Below are positions 35,652 to 41,691 of a stretch of 41,691 nucleotides of DNA, piece after piece. This DNA is from Patescibacteria group bacterium. Its GTDB lineage: Bacteria > Patescibacteriota > Microgenomatia > UBA8517. The stretch's first letter is position 1. Each line of letters opens with the position of its first letter. The position numbers and the translations under genes are program-made. The stretch covers positions 1-41,691 of the forward strand of contig DATDSD010000065.1 in NCBI GenBank assembly GCA_035291405.1, in the 5' to 3' direction. The notes under the pieces are model-generated. The model was not told where the DNA came from. It saw nothing but the letters and a program-made list of their open reading frames with translations, and did not search any database.

Positions 35652-36671
35652 TTATATTTTCTTTCCTTTAATAGCAATTGGAGGAATTATTTCCCCGTTT
35701 GTTTCAAAACTAACAGGATCAAAGGTAAATCCTTCTTTTTCAATTGAAATTTCATATTTACCATTTGCAAGAGGAGTAACAATTATGAAGTGACCTGCTT
35801 TATTACTCTTTAATGCTCTAACAGGTCTTCCATTTAAGTCCTTAATTTCAAGTATGGCCCCTTCGATTATTTTTCTTTCCTGATCCATTACTTGTCCAAC
35901 TACCGTATTAGCAACAATTGCTGGTTGTGGTGGTGCGGCATCAATGGAAAACTCTGCCTCATTGGTAGTAATTTTCTTTTCTTCCAGTTTAGGAACATCT
36001 AAACTACTAACCGTTAAATTGTTAGTAACAGCAGGGCCATGTTCTTCAACAACAAGCCTTGGAGTAGATCTTGTTATAACAGTTGGGATTTGTTGTGGAA
36101 TTGCAACCAAGTTTGGTTTAGTTGGTTGTGGCTTTGGTGCAACTGGTTTAGTGACATCTGTTTGGAGTACAGCAACCTGTACGGGTGGTTGGACAGTAGT
36201 TGAAGGGGGTTGTTGGGTCTTAGCGGATGGAGAGGAAATACTCCATAGTGACCCTAGTTTTGCTAAGAACGATTTTTCAGCCTCTTCTAGTTTTTTAGCG
36301 TTAGGTTCAATAGCTGTTTGACCAGCAGGAACGTTTCCAATTGCTGGCACCTGAGCGTTTTCAGTAAAGAAAACAGCCGGTTTTTCTGTCTTTTTCCATG
36401 TATACAATGTGGGGGAGTAGATTGATCTAAAAAAAGCAATAATCCATTTTTCCAAAGGTCTTTCTTGAAAAGGTAAGAAGGCCATTGCAGCACCCAAAGC
36501 AGCAGACAATACAATTATTGGCCATTTTATTATTGGGTGAAGGGGGGTGGCATAGAAAAGTAGACTGACAACAATACCACCAGCAACTTGAAAAAATTGC
36601 TTTAAAGTCATATCTCCCACTAATTTGAATTGATATGAACTTATCTGTTGTGGTATTGGATGTTGTTCCAT
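35652..36671 (-). CDS. PrgI/VirB3-like two-TM protein fused to a Pro-rich linker and a C-terminal beta-sandwich domain
   Basis: 339 aa. The N-terminus HPIPQQISSYQFKLVGDMTLKQFFQVAGGIVVSLLFYA...IIVLSAALGAAMAFLPFQERPLEKWIIAFFRS fits PrgI-family topology. The linker reads QQPPSTTVQPPVQV..KPVAPKPQPTKP. The C-terminus VVGQVMDQERKIIEGAILEIKDLNGRPV...NKAGHFII..LANGKYEISIEKEGF looks like a carboxypeptidase-regulatory-like fold. Confidence 0.6.
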   Translation of the reverse strand: MEQHPIPQQISSYQFKLVGDMTLKQFFQVAGGIVVSLLFYATPLHPIIKWPIIVLSAALGAAMAFLPFQERPLEKWIIAFFRSIYSPTLYTWKKTEKPAVFFTENAQVPAIGNVPAGQTAIEPNAKKLEEAEKSFLAKLGSLWSISSPSAKTQQPPSTTVQPPVQVAVLQTDVTKPVAPKPQPTKPNLVAIPQQIPTVITRSTPRLVVEEHGPAVTNNLTVSSLDVPKLEEKKITTNEAEFSIDAAPPQPAIVANTVVGQVMDQERKIIEGAILEIKDLNGRPVRALKSNKAGHFIIVTPLANGKYEISIEKEGFTFDPVSFETNGEIIPPIAIKGKKI

Positions 36672-36772
36672 ATGAGCAGTTGCCTATAATAAAGCATAGT
36701 GCGTGAAGGGTTATGTGCAACAAGTGCAGTTTTTCACAAGATTTAATTTCATTTTCAATTAACTTTATATTT

Positions 36773-36781
36773 TGGTATAAT
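36773..36781 (+). promoter_or_regulatory. Extended -10 element (TGGTATAAT) positioned for a leaderless transcript of the 861-aa gene
   Basis: TGGTATAAT at 36773..36781. The ATG at 36789 lies 7 nt downstream. There is no purine-rich Shine-Dalgarno sequence in between (TCTTGTT). Confidence 0.35.
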
Positions 36782-36788
36782 TCTTGTT

Positions 36789-39374
36789 ATGCCAGAACCA
36801 GGTTTTAACGAGGGTGGTCAATCAAAGTCCTCAATTGATATTTTAATGAAGGCGGGTGGCCCATCAAAGCTTGTGGGAATGGAACCCCAAAAAGTATCTT
36901 TCTCTGGATCAATGAAAATGGAGGACAACCAAAACAAAACAATTCTTCCCGATCCAATTCCAGGAACAGTTTACGGTTCTGCTCGAAAGAAATGGGAAGA
37001 ACAGATAGAAGCAGGTAATATTCCACAATCAGTCATTGACCAGGCAAATGTGGTTAATTTGCTTGATGATGAAGAGATGCAGCGTAGGTCTCAAGAAGCA
37101 AATTTTTATGCTGTTCAACGGGAAGAACAGTATGCTCGCAGAGATAGAATTTTAGGCAGATTAACAAATGCAGAATCAGTTGCAGATGTTGTAGCTACTT
37201 TAGATGTTCTTAAAGATTTTATGGACTGGAGCAAAGCCGAAGCGTCTGATCCATATAGTTTTAGATATTATACAAAAACCGCATTAGATGGTGCGAGAGC
37301 TTTTAGTAAAACACATCAGCAATTAGCAGATGAGGGAATAGTTAGGGGACCCCTTAGAAGAGGTGGTACTTACGGAAATGCCATTGGTGTAGATGGCTAT
37401 TTAGTTGAAGGTGCCCAAGTTTTGCAAAATGGTTATGCAATTAGAGTGGAGAAAGATATTGAAGAAAAACCTAATGGTAAAACAAAAGTTAAAGAAAGAT
37501 ATTATTATGGTACAGAAAAAGAAAGAGTAGCCTTAGCCAATGCTCATGAACAGTTAATGAGAGCTCTAATCACTGGTCAAAAAATTCATGAACAGACAGG
37601 AGCTTTCGATATGAACAGAGCCTCTCTAGAAGAAATGGTCAAGTATTTTTATATAAGACAAGTTGGACTTACAAATGAACAAATAACATGGGTATTTACT
37701 GCGGCGGATATTAAAAAAATTACTCCAGAAGCTCCTAATAATCAAGAATCTGGATTAAGAAGAAGCAAGGCAACTAGAGCATTATATTTATTAGGAAAAT
37801 GTGAAACTAAAGAGAAAATGGAAGATCATTTAAATAACACCTTTAATTTTGATAAGTTTCTTGATCAACCAACAATAAAAAGAACGTTGGAAATTATGAA
37901 AACTGTCGGATTTGTAGATGAACAAGCTAAAGGTATGACAGACCAAGTCAAGGCAGCAAGATTTTTAATAGGAAAAGGTCTAACATACGACGAAAAAGAA
38001 AAAAGTTGGAAAGTTAATTGGCTAGATAAAAATCAGAGAGATCCTTCAAAAGCAACCACCGATAAAGAAAAAGACAAAAGAGGAACTGGTGCAATTAAAG
38101 AGGAAAAAGAGGTTAGAGGATTTTTAACAGAGTTTGGAAATCCCTACACAAGGGGTAATAGAGATGCGATGTACTTGTTACTTAACAGAATAGGTTCAAT
38201 TATAGGTGATACTGATAATATTGATGTTAAAATTGCGGACAGATTGTTTTGGACATGGGGAGAAAAAGACGAATTAGGTCTTGAAGTATATTCACCGGAA
38301 AATATTCCAACAGGGGAGCAATTTTTAGAATCTTTTAATAGATTGGCTTCGGAAGATTATGAAAAATGGAGAAAATTAGCAGATGAGCATCTAAGATATT
38401 TTTCTCTTCCAGGTGAACCGATCGGTTCTGATTTGTCAAAAATATTCTACCCTCAGTTTTATAGATTAAAAGATTTACTTAATGATCGTCCTACTGGTTC
38501 ACCTTTAACAGTTGATAAATTTAAAAGATTTACACAAAGTTTAATGACATTAGCCCGAAATGAGGTTTGGTGTGGAAGATATGAAAAAGATGACGAGGGA
38601 AAACCCGCATTTAAGAAAAAAGAAGATGGTAAACCCGAACTTGATGAGAACGGAAGAACCATACCGATAAAGTTAGTAGAGACCCGATCGGTAAGAGAGC
38701 AATTTTTGGGACATAAAGCAACCGATGGTTTGCCAGAAGAACATGCTAAAGAAATGGGTGAAATTGGTTGGGACCAAATTTCAGCCCCCGCAGAAATGGA
38801 AGATGTAAAAATTGGAGAAAGTCATGAACTTTCACCTGAACAAAGACAGGCTCTGGAGAAGTCAATTGGATTAAATAGCGGAGCAGTTGCCGATAATGCC
38901 ATGGGTTATTTTTGGCTTATGAATTTCTTGGCTGGAGACGGAAATCCCGATAAAAGACCATGGGCATTTATTAACGATGAAAGCCCTGACCAAAAAAAGC
39001 TAATAAAAGCTTCTGGTTTTACTGCAAAAAATAAATTTTTAACTATTGTTTGGCATGATTCTGCACTAGTTTATGGGGATTGGAGAAAAAAAAGTATTGA
39101 AGCAGATTTAGCAAGAAAAAAAGTGAAAGTTCTAATAAAAGAACAGGCCAAAGAAGCTTGGGCAATAGGCAGAAAAGCTTGGTATGCTGGAGTAAGAGCT
39201 CTTCCTGATTATCCAACATGGTCTAGTCAAACTTTAGATTATAGAGATATTGAAAGTGGTGCTGGTAAAAGTATTACTATTGTAAATTATATTGAACAAC
39301 TTGCTGTTAGATTTGGATTTTTAGATCCAAAAGAAATTAGAAGATTTCCAAAACAACGGTTAAAAATAATATAA
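36789..39374 (+). CDS. Large hydrophilic orphan protein (861 aa), divergent from the T4SS-like operon
   Basis: 2.6-kb uninterrupted ORF in an AT-rich genome. It has no TM segment, no signal peptide, no P-loop and no motif I recognise. It is rich in K/E/D/W/Y. Confidence 0.8.
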   Translation: MPEPGFNEGGQSKSSIDILMKAGGPSKLVGMEPQKVSFSGSMKMEDNQNKTILPDPIPGTVYGSARKKWEEQIEAGNIPQSVIDQANVVNLLDDEEMQRRSQEANFYAVQREEQYARRDRILGRLTNAESVADVVATLDVLKDFMDWSKAEASDPYSFRYYTKTALDGARAFSKTHQQLADEGIVRGPLRRGGTYGNAIGVDGYLVEGAQVLQNGYAIRVEKDIEEKPNGKTKVKERYYYGTEKERVALANAHEQLMRALITGQKIHEQTGAFDMNRASLEEMVKYFYIRQVGLTNEQITWVFTAADIKKITPEAPNNQESGLRRSKATRALYLLGKCETKEKMEDHLNNTFNFDKFLDQPTIKRTLEIMKTVGFVDEQAKGMTDQVKAARFLIGKGLTYDEKEKSWKVNWLDKNQRDPSKATTDKEKDKRGTGAIKEEKEVRGFLTEFGNPYTRGNRDAMYLLLNRIGSIIGDTDNIDVKIADRLFWTWGEKDELGLEVYSPENIPTGEQFLESFNRLASEDYEKWRKLADEHLRYFSLPGEPIGSDLSKIFYPQFYRLKDLLNDRPTGSPLTVDKFKRFTQSLMTLARNEVWCGRYEKDDEGKPAFKKKEDGKPELDENGRTIPIKLVETRSVREQFLGHKATDGLPEEHAKEMGEIGWDQISAPAEMEDVKIGESHELSPEQRQALEKSIGLNSGAVADNAMGYFWLMNFLAGDGNPDKRPWAFINDESPDQKKLIKASGFTAKNKFLTIVWHDSALVYGDWRKKSIEADLARKKVKVLIKEQAKEAWAIGRKAWYAGVRALPDYPTWSSQTLDYRDIESGAGKSITIVNYIEQLAVRFGFLDPKEIRRFPKQRLKII

Positions 39375-39386
39375 TACAAATTAAAA

Positions 39387-40970
39387 TTATCTAATACCTT
39401 TTATCATGCCTTCGAGTGTTCTACCTACACCTTCTTGAACAGGATTACTCCATCTATTTATCCAAGGACCCAATATGGGAATTCTACCTATAGGTTCTGG
39501 TGTATCGTGGTGTTCCCATTGGGCAGCAGCATAATTACCATATCCCTTTGCAATAGGTCCTATATCAAAACCATATTCATATGGTTTACCAGCTATGATT
39601 GATTGGATAATTTCTACCACTTTAGTTGCTTGGCTAAAAATTACAAAACTTACAACAACCCATAAAATGTTATCACCTAATGCAAAACCTGAAAAGGGTG
39701 GCCTCCAGCTGTTGTCACCAATAACGTCATGTACAGGATCTCCAAAAATAGTCCCCGCTCCCACACCAGACAATGGGCTATCAGATCCCTGTACAAGGAA
39801 AAAGAATGAAAAGAAAAAAATAAGACCAAGTAATGGATAAACCGCCAAAAGTGATATTAATTTTCTAAGCCATGCACCAAAACTAGATTTACCGGTAAAT
39901 GCCCCTACCAAGATTTGTAATGGGCCAATTGCTATAGTTATCATAATCATCGCAAAGTTTTTGAGAATTACGTATATGATTTTAATTGACCACCAGATGA
40001 TTGCTAATATTGAAATTACCGCAAACAAAAAAACCAACACTCCCATGATAACAGAACTCAAACTGCTAAAAATTGCTAGTAAGGCATTATACATAAATGC
40101 AACCCAATACGCATACATTAAACTAAAAGCATCATATGTCGAATTAAGCGTGTCAAACATAAACGAAAAGCTCGAAGAACTTAAGCCATTACTTGTTATT
40201 AGGCCTGCAATTAATGCTATTACTACATACATTAAATCAATTACAAAACCCGCAATTGCATAAGAGAAAGTAATCAAAATTGTTGTAAATATAATGTTTG
40301 GAAGTGCCGATTGAACAGATATAACAACTTGTGGAGAAATCTTCATTCTAAACATTATCATAAAAGAAATAACAATAACCGCCAAAACTATAAGAGCATA
40401 ACTCATATTTCTTGTTGCTTGCCACAATTTTTTTGCAGGATTTGCAGCAGAATTATATCCAAACCCTTGTGCACGGACATCACTAACAGGGTTAAATTTA
40501 CTAATCAATTCTTTTGTATATCCAATACCTGATATTGGACTTCGTCCGAGAGTGGATAAAAATGAATTATTTGTTGAAGCAAGAGTGGGATTGTTAGCAT
40601 CTGCAATAGGATTAAGTATATCTAGGGCTTTTACAAAAATATCCCAACACGCCGTAGTGTTACCACTTGCCAAACAAGTAGTTAATTCCGGATTACCTGG
40701 TATGTAATTCCAAACGTGAGCCCAAAGGGAATATAAAATCCATTGGACTTGAGCTGCTGTGTATCTTTCTCCAAATATCTCACTGGTTGGAGAAACATCC
40801 TCGTCATACACTTTTGAATACCAAGTAAAAGGATTTTGTTCACTATACCATTCATGATTCCACAAATTTTCTATTTCGTCAGCGGTTGCGGCAGAAACAG
40901 TAGTTGGTAAAGCAAAAGAATTTAAAAATAAAGCTAAAGAGAAAATAATTAGTAAAAGTTTTTTGAGCAT
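39387..40970 (-). CDS. Polytopic membrane protein, candidate VirB6/TrbL/PrgH-type channel subunit
   Basis: 527 aa. A signal peptide (LLLIIFSLALFLNSFALPTTVSA|AT) precedes a ~170-aa ectodomain, then about 6-7 TM helices and a ~100-aa C-terminal tail. The assignment rests on architecture and context only. Confidence 0.5.
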   Translation of the reverse strand: MLKKLLLIIFSLALFLNSFALPTTVSAATADEIENLWNHEWYSEQNPFTWYSKVYDEDVSPTSEIFGERYTAAQVQWILYSLWAHVWNYIPGNPELTTCLASGNTTACWDIFVKALDILNPIADANNPTLASTNNSFLSTLGRSPISGIGYTKELISKFNPVSDVRAQGFGYNSAANPAKKLWQATRNMSYALIVLAVIVISFMIMFRMKISPQVVISVQSALPNIIFTTILITFSYAIAGFVIDLMYVVIALIAGLITSNGLSSSSFSFMFDTLNSTYDAFSLMYAYWVAFMYNALLAIFSSLSSVIMGVLVFLFAVISILAIIWWSIKIIYVILKNFAMIMITIAIGPLQILVGAFTGKSSFGAWLRKLISLLAVYPLLGLIFFFSFFFLVQGSDSPLSGVGAGTIFGDPVHDVIGDNSWRPPFSGFALGDNILWVVVSFVIFSQATKVVEIIQSIIAGKPYEYGFDIGPIAKGYGNYAAAQWEHHDTPEPIGRIPILGPWINRWSNPVQEGVGRTLEGMIKGIR

Positions 40971-40989
40971 TAATTTATTCTACTACATT

Positions 40990-41691
40990 TTATAGTCCAT
41001 GTCCTACATCCCAAACACATCCATTATGACTTTCTTCACCTGGATACCTATTGTTTATTGTCTCACAATCATCACCTGTTGGGCAGTTTGAACTCATTCC
41101 CCCGGTAGAACAACTATTTTTAAAGGTTGCACACATGTAGGTACTGTTGTATTCTGGTCCATATTCCCACCACCTGATTGCAGTTTCATAGTCTCTCGCA
41201 TCCCAGCTACATGTTCCGGCGGTATTTATGCTTTGTCCTGTGTTAAGTGGTATTCCAAAACAAGAATGCCCAGTAAAGGCACTTGCTCCTGTTGCACTTC
41301 TACTTAAAGTCCAAGAAATTCCATAAATTACATCAAGGAGATTACATGGATCTGGTTCGGTTTTGTTTGGATCAAGATTTTGCAAATCATCCTTTATATT
41401 TTGTGCTATTTCATCCCAAACGGTGGTATTAACAAAACCAACAACAGTTGTTTCTGGTCCTGAACAATTAGGAATTGGTTCGCAGGTGGCCCAATTTAAT
41501 ACATTTTCCTCTGTCCAGTCATATCCTTGTCCGGTTGAATTCCCGTGAGCCGAGTTAAAAGCTCCTTCTCCATACATAACACCTAAGATTAAATTTGGAG
41601 GTGTTTTATAAGTTTCAGCTGCAGCCTCTAAGATTTCCTTAAATGTTGGTGGAATACTTCCAACCTTTGAACTAACCCCGCCCAATGCACA
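40990..41691 (-). CDS. Cys-rich secreted protein, partial (5' end beyond the window); possible lysozyme-like/VirB1-like function
   Basis: The frame is open to the window edge (..CA-LGGVSSKVGS). There are 10 Cys in 233 residues (TCEPIPNC, DPCNLL, GHSCFG, GTCSW, MCATFKNSCSTGGMSSNCPTGDDCE, NGCVW). LILGVMYGEGAFN is only vaguely like a lytic-transglycosylase catalytic Glu block. Confidence 0.6.
   Translation of the reverse strand, partial: CALGGVSSKVGSIPPTFKEILEAAAETYKTPPNLILGVMYGEGAFNSAHGNSTGQGYDWTEENVLNWATCEPIPNCSGPETTVVGFVNTTVWDEIAQNIKDDLQNLDPNKTEPDPCNLLDVIYGISWTLSRSATGASAFTGHSCFGIPLNTGQSINTAGTCSWDARDYETAIRWWEYGPEYNSTYMCATFKNSCSTGGMSSNCPTGDDCETINNRYPGEESHNGCVWDVGHGL

Noticed and set aside
29838-41691. 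Calling the T4SS-like cluster an integrative conjugative element or plasmid remnant
   Set aside because: No integrase/recombinase, relaxase, coupling protein, replication or partition gene, or flanking direct repeats could be seen. The only tRNA (5175..5245) is 24 kb away. Mobility therefore cannot be supported from this window.

Overview
AT-rich, very gene-dense bacterial window using the standard genetic code (TGA serves as a stop). Many adjacent genes overlap by 1-40 nt. From gene content and the compact proteins I infer a small-genome, monoderm organism, plausibly Patescibacteria/CPR, but I cannot verify this.

The window spans the chromosomal replication origin. On the minus strand lies rpmH-rnpA-yidD-yidC-jag. 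On the plus strand lie dnaA-dnaN, with perfect DnaA boxes on both sides of dnaA.

Left of the origin are mostly housekeeping and envelope genes:
- a lipid-linked glycan cluster: SDR dehydratase, GT-C transferase, GT4 phosphotransferase and a UbiA/DPPR-synthase-like enzyme
- tRNA-Cys
- an M23 peptidase, a NUDIX hydrolase and an AlkA-like glycosylase
- groES-orf70-groEL with a CIRCE operator
- an orphan solute-binding protein, a VanW protein and a DedA protein
- a TsaC-TsaE fusion plus tsaD
- a short valS, rplY, a large membrane-anchored protein, RNase H and an O-antigen-ligase-like protein

The most interesting part is the ~12 kb directly right of dnaN (29.8-41.7 kb). It encodes a Gram-positive-type, T4SS-like apparatus:
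- a PrgI/VirB3-like protein
- a P-loop-less protein resembling the VirB4 N-terminal domain
- a VirB4 ATPase
- a multi-TM protein with a C-terminal CHAP/NlpC-P60 hydrolase
- a VirB6-like polytopic protein
- a Cys-rich secreted protein
- an 861-aa orphan protein

No relaxase, coupling protein, integrase or repeat boundary is visible in the window. All calls come from reading the translations and motifs by eye. No database search or computation was run, and motif coordinates were hand-counted.
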